Assembly (NCBI GenBank): GCA_045401115.1
Contig: CP174359.1
Location: forward strand, 419,247-483,246
Length of the DNA stretch: 64,000 nucleotides
Direction of reading: 5' to 3'
Source: Candidatus Phycocordibacter aenigmaticus
Lineage (GTDB): Bacteria > Patescibacteriota > Minisyncoccia > Phycocordibacterales > Phycocordibacteraceae
The translations under genes were made by a program, and so were the position numbers. Of the stretch, positions 49,319 to 59,000 are shown one piece after another. Below the pieces are notes generated by a model. The model was not told where the DNA came from and did no database searches. It worked only from the letters and a program-made list of their open reading frames with translations. Within the stretch, counting starts at the first letter, position 1; every line of letters begins with the position of its first letter.

Positions 49319-49430
49319 GTGTCGTGGGGAAAACACATCAGAATCAGTAACCTTCTACTATACTGATAAGTATAGTAGGTAGAGGACATACATTCTGTGA
49401 TCTCTGTATAACCTATGAAATAAAAGATAT

Positions 49431-49550
49431 ATGAGTCGTGAACGTTGCAGTATTCACCCTGAATCAAGAGAATGTCCTGGTGGACATTGTAATCCTGGGA
49501 ATAAAGACAGCGAGGGAAGATGTTGGGATTGTCAGGTAAGCTGCTATTAA
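49431..49550 (+). CDS. Putative Cys-rich microprotein (39 aa); absent from ORF track
   Basis: MSRERCSIHPESRECPGGHCNPGNKDSEGRCWDCQVSCY: 6 Cys, 2 His, CxxC. Confidence 0.5.
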   Translation: MSRERCSIHPESRECPGGHCNPGNKDSEGRCWDCQVSCY

Positions 49551-49635
49551 TTTCGTTATAATAGATTACCTTCGCTGTAGTTATAGTATTAGTTAATACG
49601 CCCTTTTAGGGTGTTTTTTGTTATAGTGCAGGGTA

Positions 49636-51699
49636 ATGGCAAACCCTTTTAAATTACACTCTGAATACAAACCGGCTGGTGACCAACCAGGGGCAATTAA
49701 AGCGCTCACTGCGGGAGTAAAGAAGGGTGAGCGTCATCAGACTCTGCTTGGTGTGACTGGCTCTGGTAAGACATTCACCGGAGCAAATGTGATACAGAAC
49801 ATAGGCAAGCCGACCTTAGTTATTGCACACAATAAAACATTAGCGGCACAACTTACGCAAGAGTATCGTGAGTTCTTTCCTGAAAACGCCGTGCACTACT
49901 TTGTGTCGTACTATGACTATTACCAACCGGAGGCATATGTGCCGCACTCAGATACGTATATTGAAAAAGAGGCACAGATTAACGCAGAAATTGATCGTCT
50001 ACGCCATGCTTCTACACAGGCTCTATTAACGCGGGACGATGTAATTATTGTGGCATCAGTATCGTGTATCTATGGTTTAGGTTCGCCTGATGAGTATGAA
50101 AAAGTGCATCGTAAGGTCACAGTGGGTGAGAGCTTTGAACGCGCTGAGTTCATTCGTTTCCTTATTGGTTTGTACTTTGAGCGTACTAATGCCGACCTTA
50201 CTCCGGGAACATTTCGTGCAGTGGGGAATCAAATTGAGGTAATGCCAGTTAATGAAACAATTATCTACCGTATTACCCCCGAAGCCGGGCATATCAGACA
50301 TATCAGTAAAATTGACGCGGTAAGTCGCAGTATTATTGATGAACCAGATGTGTTTTACCTCTTCCCCGCAAAACACTATGTGACTCCTGAAAGCGAACGA
50401 GAAGAAGCGCTGGCTGATATTGAACGTGAGCTCGAAGCGCAACTCAAAGCACTGACTGATTCAGGAAAAATATTAGAAGCAGATCGACTTAAACGTCGTA
50501 CGCGTTATGACATCGCGCTTATTAGAGAGATTGGCTATTGTAACGGTATTGAAAATTATTCTCGCCACTTTGACCGGCGGAAAGTAGGTGAGCCACCATA
50601 CACGCTTTTGTCATACTTTCCTCATAAAGCGGATGGTACTCCTGACTTCCTGACTATTATTGACGAGTTGCATGTGACTATACCGCAACTCTCAGCTATG
50701 TATGCTGGTGACCAGGCGCGTAAAAAAACACTCGTTGAGTACGGATTCCGCCTACCGTCCGCAGCAGATAACCGTCCACTCATGTTTAATGAGATCCAAG
50801 ACCGCCTCGGTACGACTATTTATACGAGTGCGACTCCAGGACCATTTGAACTGGAGCATTCAGGAAAACCTGTCGAACAAATTATTCGCCCTACTGGTCT
50901 TATTGATCCGGAAATAATAATTCGTCCGGTCACGGGCGCAGGTGCGACTGATACGGAAACACATAAAGGTCAAGTTGAAGATTTTATAGAAGAGACAGAG
51001 AAAGTCGTAAAAGGTGGCGGACGTGTGTTGGTTACTACGCTCACTAAAAAAATGGCAGAAGACCTTTCCGAGTTTTTACAGGCTAGAGGAGTCAAATCTG
51101 AGTATATTCATTCAGATATTAAAACTATAGAACGTATCGATATTCTAACCGCATTTCGTAGAGGAACGTTTGACTGTCTCGTAGGTGTTAACTTGCTTCG
51201 TGAAGGACTCGACCTACCTGAGGTTGAGCTCGTTGGTATCTTAGATGCCGACAAAGAAGGGTTCCTACGCTCTGAAACGAGTCTTATTCAAACCATGGGC
51301 CGCGCGGCACGTAACGTGCAGGGCCGGGTCATTCTATACGCTGATCAAATGACTGGTTCACTTGAACGAGCTATTGCTGAGACTGAACGACGACGTGAAA
51401 TTCAATTGGCATACAATAAAGAGCACGGCATCACACCGCAAACCATTAAAAAGAATATTAGCGATATTACTGCCTCGCTTAGGAAAGACCGTGATCGTGC
51501 AACAGCGCTTGCGCTTGCAGTTGAAATGGCTGATGCAGAAAGTCCGAAAGCGCTCCGGGAACTCTTAAAAGAGAAACGTTCGGAAATGGAGCTTGCGGTA
51601 CAATCACTTGATTTTGAAACTGCCGCGATTCTTCGTGATGAGATTTATAAGCTTGAAGATATGACATCTAAGAAGGACACATTTAAGAAAAAGAAATAA
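49636..51699 (+). CDS. uvrB: Excinuclease ABC subunit B
   Basis: GDQP, GVTGSGKT, YYDYYQPEAY, NLLREGLDLPEV, C-terminal UVR domain. Confidence 0.97.
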   Translation: MANPFKLHSEYKPAGDQPGAIKALTAGVKKGERHQTLLGVTGSGKTFTGANVIQNIGKPTLVIAHNKTLAAQLTQEYREFFPENAVHYFVSYYDYYQPEAYVPHSDTYIEKEAQINAEIDRLRHASTQALLTRDDVIIVASVSCIYGLGSPDEYEKVHRKVTVGESFERAEFIRFLIGLYFERTNADLTPGTFRAVGNQIEVMPVNETIIYRITPEAGHIRHISKIDAVSRSIIDEPDVFYLFPAKHYVTPESEREEALADIERELEAQLKALTDSGKILEADRLKRRTRYDIALIREIGYCNGIENYSRHFDRRKVGEPPYTLLSYFPHKADGTPDFLTIIDELHVTIPQLSAMYAGDQARKKTLVEYGFRLPSAADNRPLMFNEIQDRLGTTIYTSATPGPFELEHSGKPVEQIIRPTGLIDPEIIIRPVTGAGATDTETHKGQVEDFIEETEKVVKGGGRVLVTTLTKKMAEDLSEFLQARGVKSEYIHSDIKTIERIDILTAFRRGTFDCLVGVNLLREGLDLPEVELVGILDADKEGFLRSETSLIQTMGRAARNVQGRVILYADQMTGSLERAIAETERRREIQLAYNKEHGITPQTIKKNISDITASLRKDRDRATALALAVEMADAESPKALRELLKEKRSEMELAVQSLDFETAAILRDEIYKLEDMTSKKDTFKKKK

Positions 51700-51739
51700 A
51701 ATTGCTTTAAGAGAGGTATTATTATACATTTGAATCAAT

Positions 51740-51874
51740 ATGGAAGGATCTTATAAACCTCGTGTGTGTGGGTGTTCTTGTGGCTGTCGTTTGGTATTTG
51801 TCAGCTCTGAAACAATTTGTCCTAAGTGTAGGAATGATGAATGTATTCCTTCTCCGTTTGGATCACACCCTTAG
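51740..51874 (+). CDS. Putative Cys-rich microprotein (44 aa); absent from ORF track
   Basis: MEGSYKPRVCGCSCGCRLVFVSSETICPKCRNDECIPSPFGSHP: 7 Cys, CxCxCxC and CxxC. Confidence 0.55.
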   Translation: MEGSYKPRVCGCSCGCRLVFVSSETICPKCRNDECIPSPFGSHP

Positions 51875-51951
51875 GATATACTCTAAAAAAGATCATACAC
51901 AAGAATATTCTTTAAGGCTTTTGTGCTACTATAGGTCAACCTACCGCCCAC

Positions 51952-54633
51952 GTGGCTGGCGAATTTGTATATATGACTGCAAAAAACGATAAAAACAAAA
52001 CAAATGAAGCCGATCTTGGCACCGATAAAATAGTAATTCGGGGAGCAAAGACACATAATTTGAAGAACGTTACGCTTGAGATACCTCGTAATAAGATGGT
52101 GGTTTTTACCGGACTATCAGGTTCCGGAAAATCATCGCTCGCGTTTGACACTATTTTTGCGGAAGGGCAACGAAGGTATGTTGAAAGTCTCTCTGCCTAT
52201 GCTCGTCAATTTTTAAACCAAATGCAGAAGCCCGACGTTGAAGAGATTACTGGACTCTCACCGGCTATTTCAATTGATCAAAAGTCGCGATCCAACAACC
52301 CACGCTCAACAGTGGCGACTATTACCGAAATTTATGATTACTTACGTATTCTTTATGCACGTATTGGCCAGCCCTATTGTCTGAACGATGACGTAGCTAT
52401 TGAAAAACTTTCAAAAGAAGAGATTCTTAAAATTATTCTTCGTTCAATTAAAACAGTTGATTTAAAAAAGAGTGATAAGCGCATTAAAGGAACTACCTAC
52501 AACACGCTTCGTATAAAAGTGCTTTCTCCAGTCGTAGTGGGGCGAAAGGGTGAATATTATCAACTGCTCTACGACCTTCTTGGTAAGGGGTTTGAAACAG
52601 TGATTGTTGATGGAAAAGAGTATTCACTGCGTGATCGTATTGAGCTTGATAAAAAGAAGCGTCATGATATTTCAGTGGTGGTTGATGAGATTTTTCTTAC
52701 CGAATTTGAAAGCGCTCCCAAAGATGCCGAGGAACGTCTCAGTGAAGCAGTTGAATTAGCGCTTCGTGAATCAGAAGGACTAGTGAGTATTGTAAATCCC
52801 GAAGGGGAGGAGCGAATGCTTTCAGCCAAGTTTATCTGCCCGATTGATGGTTCGTCTTTTCCGGAAGTAGAGCCACGTCTCTTTTCATTTAACTCTCCAT
52901 ATGGTGCGTGTCCGGAGTGTAACGGGCTCGGTACGGTAGGGTTTTTCGATCTTGATGAGTGTCCGGTCTGTGCCGGTGCGCGCCTACGACCCGAAGCGCT
53001 CCGTATTTTTCTCGGAGGGAGTACGACCACTGGTGATAAAAAGTTAGGTAATGAAGTACAACACCCATTAGGGTTGAATATTGTTAATCTCACTCAGCTT
53101 TCTATTGTCGAGGCACAGGAGTTTATTGCTGGTCTTACTTTGACCAAGAAGCAACAGGAAATTTCTAATACGGTGGTGAACGAAATTCTCAACCGTTTGC
53201 AGTTTATGATTGATGTAGGCATTGGCTACCTTACACTTGATCGTACCGCAAACACACTTTCAGGTGGAGAGGCACAACGCATTCGTCTGGCGAGTCAGTT
53301 AGGAAGTGGACTTGTTGGTGCGCTGTACGTGCTTGATGAACCAACTATTGGGTTGCATCAAAAAGACAATGACCGCCTTATTCAAACACTCACCACGTTA
53401 CGTGATTTAGGTAACACTATTATTGTAGTTGAGCATGATGAGGATACTATTTACGCGTCAGACTTTATTGTTGATATTGGGCCCGGTGCCGGCGTACATG
53501 GCGGGGAAGTAGTTGTTGCTGGTTGGTTGGATACCTTGCTCACTGCAAAAACAAACCCAAGTGGTTCTTCAACACTGGCATATTTACGAAGAGAAAAAGA
53601 AATAGCTGTTCCTACTGAATGGCGAACAGAAGATAAAGGTGCTTTAAAAGTCCGTGGCGGTGAGAAGTTTAATATTGTTGGAATGGATGTTGATGTACCA
53701 CTCGGCAGATTTATCGGTGTTACTGGTGTATCTGGTTCAGGAAAATCAACGTTTGTGTATGAATTGTTGCATAAGAATCTGCGTGCAAAATTGGAAAAGC
53801 GCTACCGTACCACAAAGACGTATAATGTAAAAAGTTTTTCAGGCGCCGAAAGTCTTTCTCGCGTCGTGCTTATTGATCAGTCCCCAGTGGGGCGTACACC
53901 ACGTTCGAATCCGGCAACATATACCGGGGCGTTTACCCACATTCGTGATTTGTTTGCTGCAACTGCTGAGGCGCGAGCGCGTGGGTGGAAGCCAGGCAGG
54001 TTTTCATTTAACGTGAAGGGAGGCCGATGTGAAGCGTGTCAGGGTAATGGCGTGCAGGCCATTGAAATGCATTTCTTACCGACCGTGCACGTAACATGTG
54101 ATGTGTGTAATGGTACACGATTCATGAAAGAGACTCTCGAGGTGTTGTATAAGAAAAAGAATATCCATGATGTGTTGCGTATGACTGTAGAGGAGGCATT
54201 GGAATTTTTCAATGATATTCCTGCTGTGGCTGATCGTCTACAAACTCTTTATAACGTAGGATTGGGCTATCTTGAACTCGGACAAAGTGCTACCACACTC
54301 TCTGGCGGAGAAGCACAACGTGTGAAAATTTCTTCTGAGCTGTACCGACGTCATACGGAAAAAACTATTTACCTTCTTGATGAGCCAACGGTCGGCCTTC
54401 ACTATGATGATGTGGCAAAACTTATTGAAATTCTTCAGTCACTGGTAAACAAAGGAAACACAGTACTCACTATTGAGCATAACCTCGATTTACTTAAATG
54501 CACCGACTATTTGATTGATATCGGCCCTGGCGGGGGAATTGATGGTGGTAAAATAGTTGCTAAAGGCACACCTGAGGACGTGGCTAAAACAAAAGGTTCG
54601 GCAACCGGGGAGTATTTAAAAAAAATTCTTTAA
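51952..54633 (+). CDS. uvrA: Excinuclease ABC subunit A
   Basis: GLSGSGKSS, two LSGGEAQR, FSFN, Zn fingers. Confidence 0.97.
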   Translation: MAGEFVYMTAKNDKNKTNEADLGTDKIVIRGAKTHNLKNVTLEIPRNKMVVFTGLSGSGKSSLAFDTIFAEGQRRYVESLSAYARQFLNQMQKPDVEEITGLSPAISIDQKSRSNNPRSTVATITEIYDYLRILYARIGQPYCLNDDVAIEKLSKEEILKIILRSIKTVDLKKSDKRIKGTTYNTLRIKVLSPVVVGRKGEYYQLLYDLLGKGFETVIVDGKEYSLRDRIELDKKKRHDISVVVDEIFLTEFESAPKDAEERLSEAVELALRESEGLVSIVNPEGEERMLSAKFICPIDGSSFPEVEPRLFSFNSPYGACPECNGLGTVGFFDLDECPVCAGARLRPEALRIFLGGSTTTGDKKLGNEVQHPLGLNIVNLTQLSIVEAQEFIAGLTLTKKQQEISNTVVNEILNRLQFMIDVGIGYLTLDRTANTLSGGEAQRIRLASQLGSGLVGALYVLDEPTIGLHQKDNDRLIQTLTTLRDLGNTIIVVEHDEDTIYASDFIVDIGPGAGVHGGEVVVAGWLDTLLTAKTNPSGSSTLAYLRREKEIAVPTEWRTEDKGALKVRGGEKFNIVGMDVDVPLGRFIGVTGVSGSGKSTFVYELLHKNLRAKLEKRYRTTKTYNVKSFSGAESLSRVVLIDQSPVGRTPRSNPATYTGAFTHIRDLFAATAEARARGWKPGRFSFNVKGGRCEACQGNGVQAIEMHFLPTVHVTCDVCNGTRFMKETLEVLYKKKNIHDVLRMTVEEALEFFNDIPAVADRLQTLYNVGLGYLELGQSATTLSGGEAQRVKISSELYRRHTEKTIYLLDEPTVGLHYDDVAKLIEILQSLVNKGNTVLTIEHNLDLLKCTDYLIDIGPGGGIDGGKIVAKGTPEDVAKTKGSATGEYLKKIL

Positions 54634-54645
54634 GAGTATTACATT

Positions 54646-54691
54646 ATTAAAAAATAAACGGCTCAGTGCACTGAGCCGTTTATTTTTTTAA
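54646..54691. terminator. REP-like palindrome / terminator after uvrA
   Basis: AAAAAATAAACGGCTCAGTGCACTGAGCCGTTTATTTTTT. Confidence 0.8.
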
Positions 54692-54786
54692 TTCCTCCCC
54701 TTTAGCCCACTCCTTTTGGTCAAAGCCCGGGTTTTGACCAAAAAAGTGAGATTTTTATTCATCTGACAGGTTGGTATAGTGTGGAA

Positions 54787-56020
54787 GTGAAGAAAAAAGA
54801 TATAGACTTTACCACTCTTCCTGATTCCCCAGGAGTATACCAATTTATAGGTCCTGAAAAAAGAGGTATTGTATGTCGGGAAGGCAACGTCACTACGCGA
54901 TCGAGTGAAGAGTTATTTTGTGTCCGGTATCGCTGAGGTACGTAGTCCACTTATTGCTAAGATTGTGGACGATGCGGTAGCGATTAAAACAGAAGAAACT
55001 GAATCAGTACTGGAAGCGCTTATTCTTGAAGCAAAGCGCATTAAACAATACGAGCCAGTAGGGAATACAGTTCAGAAGGATAATAAAAGCTGGAGCTACT
55101 TGGTGATCACGAACGAAAAATTTCCACGGGTATTAGTGGCACGTGAGCGTGAACTTAACACAAAATTTTCTTCAGCGATCATTAAAGAGTTATTCGGGCC
55201 ATTTCCTAGTGTTGGTACGTTGCGCGAAGCACTCAAAATCGTTCGTAAAATATTCCCATTTTTTGACACTCCGTTTCCATTGGATAGTACGTTTTCAAAA
55301 GCGCATGAAAAAACAGTGCGTTTTAACCAGTCAATTGGTTTGTATCCGAAAGAATGTAATGAAAAGGAATATAAGAAAACAATTCGCGCTATTATCGATC
55401 TTTTTTCTGGTCGCAAACAAACATTGATAAGGCGGTTAGAAAAAGAAATGCATCGAGCTGCAAAGCAGGAAGAATTTGAAAAAGCGCATGTGTTAAAAAG
55501 ACAAGTATTTGCACTACAGCATATTCAAGACATCACGCTCATTAAAGATGAGTTGCGTGCTCCCACAACAGCTACGTTTCGTGTTGAAGCATACGATGTG
55601 GCACACTTACGCGGCGAAGCCCCTCGTGGTGTCATGACTGTGATTATTGATGGTGAACCCGTTACGAGCGAGTATCGCACATTTACTATTCGATCCGCAG
55701 CACCAGGTGATGATTATGCGGCACTAGATGAGGTAATTACACGACGCGCTAAACATACTGAATGGCCGTTTCCGCAATTGGTGGTTATTGACGGTGGACG
55801 TGGACACTTAAACCGAGCGAAGAAAACACTCACTGATAATGGTGTAACTGCTCCAGTTGTTTCGGTGGTGAAAGATGAAAAACATCGACCAAGAGAGATA
55901 CTTGGCTCACCAAAAATAGTACATACACACGAAGCTTCTATTCTACGTGCCAATAATGAAGCACATCGTTTTGCTATTGGAAAGCACCGAAAAGCCTTAA
56001 GAAAGAGACGTTTTAGTTAA
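54787..56020 (+). CDS. uvrC: Excinuclease ABC subunit C (short form), split by a frameshift at A6 54857-54862
   Basis: Upstream frame LPDSPGVYQF joins YVGKA..LRDRV (GIY-YIG); UVR domain; IDGG RNase H-like domain; EAHRFA. Confidence 0.85.
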
Positions 56021-56109
56021 TATTTTTTCACCACATAGGGTTGTAGATAACATTTTGAGGTGATTTAAGCATGATATATTTAATGTATTAGGAGTATTTT
56101 TATATAGCA

Positions 56110-57993
56110 ATGCAATACTACATGTCTACACATATATTACAGAGAGGATTATTACTTCTCGGAGCTACATCTCTTTTTGTGTTTTTTGTTGGTGTTCTGT
56201 TTTTTATACCAAATGACTCAGCGCTTGCTGCGACATGTATGCCGGGAAACAGTCAGTCAGTACGTATGACTGGAACTAATCCGAACAGAGAAGCCGATTC
56301 TGTTTGGGCGAGTGCACGCATTAATAGTTCGTATGCTCCTGGAGAGGATATATATGCGGTGGGGGCGATGTGGTCGGATGATTACCCAACCATATGTCCT
56401 CAGCTAGCAATTAATGGAGTCTCTTTTGACCTCGGCTGTCGATTACAGATGGTGTTGACCGAAACTAAGAAAGTAGATACGGCGCCAATGGAACCAGGAA
56501 CGTATGAAATGTGGTGGTCAGTGAGCGGCACACACCCATACCGTGTTGATCGTATTTGTCCTTTGACGTATACCGTTGTTGCGCCCACTCCAACCGCTTC
56601 ACTTTCCGCATCACCATCAACAGTAACCAATGGTGACAGCAGTATACTTTCGTGGTCTTCATCTAACGCCACGAGTTGTACCGGTTCAGGGTTTGATACT
56701 AACAGTGCCACTTCAGGGAGTGTAACGTTGTCACCAAATACAAACACTACGTACACGGTAGAGTGTACAAATACGAGCGGGTCAGCGAGTGATTCAACAA
56801 ACATTTCTGTTATACAACCTCCACAAGCACCAACCGCCTCACTTTCTGCATCACCTTCATCTATTACCCAAGGCGATAGTAGTACGCTTACGTGGACATC
56901 AACCGCTGCAAGTTTCTGTACTGGTTCTGGGTTTAGCACAGGGAATCGTGCCAATGGTTCGGTGACTGTATCACCAAGCAACACCACTGATTATTCAATT
57001 ACTTGTAGTGGTACTGGAGGGTCTGCGCAAGATTCTGCTCGCGTGACGGTTGCGGGAGATGTTCCTACACCAACCGCCTCACTTTCTGCATCACCTTCAT
57101 CTATTACCCAAGGCGATAGTAGTACGCTTACGTGGACATCAACCGCTGCAAGTTTCTGTACTGGTTCTGGGTTTAGCACAGGGAATCGTGCCAATGGTTC
57201 GGTGACTGTATCACCAAGCAACACCACTGATTATTCAATTACTTGTAGTGGTACTGGAGGGTCTGCACAAGATTCTGCTCGCGTGACGGTTGCTTCCGTA
57301 CCAGGTGTGGTGTCGGCATCACTTTCAGCATCTCCAGCTGTTATTTCTAACGGAGAGACAGCATTGCTTTCATGGAGTTCAGTGAACGCTACGCGTTGTT
57401 CTGGCGATGGGAAAGACGGCTTCTATACCGGTGGACGTACTGTAGGGTCACGACTTGTAACTCCAGAAGATTCGACTGTGTATGCGCTTACTTGTGTTGG
57501 TCCGAGTGGTGCCGCGTATGCCTCTGCGTCTGTCATCGTAATACATACGGGTGGACCAGGCGACCCGGGTGATCCAGGCGACCCAGGCGATCCGGGTGAT
57601 CCAAGGGATCCTGAGGATGACCCATCAGAGTGTTCTGACGGAATTGATAATGATGGCGACGGGGCAGTAGATTATCCCGATGATCCTGCATGTTCTTCAG
57701 AAGATGATGACAATGAACGGGCACTAGACGTTTCCCTTGAACTCAACGCGACACCAAATCCAACACGTTCAGGAAAAACTACTACCTTACAATGGAGTAC
57801 GCAAAACGCTATTTCCTGTGCACTTGGTGTAGCAGGAGGGGCTCCTGTTGCTTTACCAAGTGTTTCTGGTTCTCGTGAATCAGCACCATTAACAACTGAG
57901 ACATCATTCAGATTAACTTGTAGAAACTTGGATCAAGTTCCGTTTTCTACTGAAACCAAGGTGAGAATACTCCCTTCATTTATTGAAGAGTAG
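56110..57993 (+). CDS. Secreted Ig-like repeat surface protein with DxDxDG domain
   Basis: Signal/TM; repeats SLSASP..LTWTS..C..C; PGD tripeptide repeat; CSDGIDNDGDG. Confidence 0.85.
   Translation: MQYYMSTHILQRGLLLLGATSLFVFFVGVLFFIPNDSALAATCMPGNSQSVRMTGTNPNREADSVWASARINSSYAPGEDIYAVGAMWSDDYPTICPQLAINGVSFDLGCRLQMVLTETKKVDTAPMEPGTYEMWWSVSGTHPYRVDRICPLTYTVVAPTPTASLSASPSTVTNGDSSILSWSSSNATSCTGSGFDTNSATSGSVTLSPNTNTTYTVECTNTSGSASDSTNISVIQPPQAPTASLSASPSSITQGDSSTLTWTSTAASFCTGSGFSTGNRANGSVTVSPSNTTDYSITCSGTGGSAQDSARVTVAGDVPTPTASLSASPSSITQGDSSTLTWTSTAASFCTGSGFSTGNRANGSVTVSPSNTTDYSITCSGTGGSAQDSARVTVASVPGVVSASLSASPAVISNGETALLSWSSVNATRCSGDGKDGFYTGGRTVGSRLVTPEDSTVYALTCVGPSGAAYASASVIVIHTGGPGDPGDPGDPGDPGDPRDPEDDPSECSDGIDNDGDGAVDYPDDPACSSEDDDNERALDVSLELNATPNPTRSGKTTTLQWSTQNAISCALGVAGGAPVALPSVSGSRESAPLTTETSFRLTCRNLDQVPFSTETKVRILPSFIEE
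56828..57293 (+). repeat. 240-bp intragenic tandem duplication
   Basis: 56828-57053 vs 57068-57293, nearly identical. Confidence 0.9.
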
Positions 57994-58023
57994 AAACTTA
58001 TTAATTATTATTTATTACACGTT

Positions 58024-58992
58024 ATGAACACTTCTACCCAAACCACTTACGTTAGAAATATACTTATTGGAATAGGCCTCCTTGCGATTCTTGCGATTGT
58101 GGCTTTTTACTTCTCAGATAACGAACCAGCCGAACAGCCACAAGATCGTGTACCATTATTAGCTGTACTTTCTGAAGTATCTGATCAGTCATGGTTCTCT
58201 CTTAAAGAGGTTCATGTCCGCAGTGTTGAATCAGCACTTCCTGAGTTTGATGGCAAAGTGGTTGATTATGCTCGAAATGGAGGAAGTGAAGTACTCATAT
58301 ACGATGATAGTGGTATTCATGCGGTACAAATGCGATATGATAATTCTGGAGATTGGCACGTCATTTCACGTTCCCCATATGAGAAGCGAGAGGTAGCAGT
58401 GGCACAAAGTGGAGACTATATCGCATATGCTGAACGAGACCGTGATGTCACAGATAGTCTGCAATTAGATGCGTGGACAATATATCTTTTTGACCGCACC
58501 AGTAAAGAACTTTATACCATTGGTGCCGGATATCAGCCGCAATTCCTTACCTTTGGTTCCGGCGATAATATTTGGGAAGCACTCGTTTTCAGTAGTCAAA
58601 ATGGAGTGGGTATGTTTAATTTGAATTTAGTTGCTGCTGATGAGGCGGAACCTCAAATTTATGAGGGTGTTATTCCAGAGTCAACTCATCACCCAGTGCT
58701 ATTTTCTAAGCGAATAAACGATGGGGAAGCGTACGCACTTGCATACGATTCAGTTGCAGGAGCATACAATGTGTTCTCTGTATCAAAGAACTATCTCGGG
58801 TTAAGTGCGCGTGAACAGGTACAAGCTGATGAATTATTAGGCATCACTAATAATTTATTGTATTTTTCTCGCAACGGTGAACTTTACGTACATCGTATTG
58901 GCGGTACTGAAGAACCAAAGTACGTGATGGACATTGAAAACGAACAAGGACAGCGCATTATTGCCGTACTCGATGAGGTTGAGGCAGAGTAA
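58024..58992 (+). CDS. Membrane-anchored beta-propeller/TolB-like protein
   Basis: N-terminal TM; paralog of the next gene (PEF.G...DYAR.G, W.V.S.SP.EK, AW.I, GY.PQF). Confidence 0.65.
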   Translation: MNTSTQTTYVRNILIGIGLLAILAIVAFYFSDNEPAEQPQDRVPLLAVLSEVSDQSWFSLKEVHVRSVESALPEFDGKVVDYARNGGSEVLIYDDSGIHAVQMRYDNSGDWHVISRSPYEKREVAVAQSGDYIAYAERDRDVTDSLQLDAWTIYLFDRTSKELYTIGAGYQPQFLTFGSGDNIWEALVFSSQNGVGMFNLNLVAADEAEPQIYEGVIPESTHHPVLFSKRINDGEAYALAYDSVAGAYNVFSVSKNYLGLSAREQVQADELLGITNNLLYFSRNGELYVHRIGGTEEPKYVMDIENEQGQRIIAVLDEVEAE

Positions 58993-59000
58993 TTATTCCT

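Noticed and set aside
51762-51992. 76-aa ORF from the track between uvrB and uvrA
   Set aside because: It overlaps the uvrA start and lacks a convincing start context; the Cys-rich ORF at 51740 is the better candidate.
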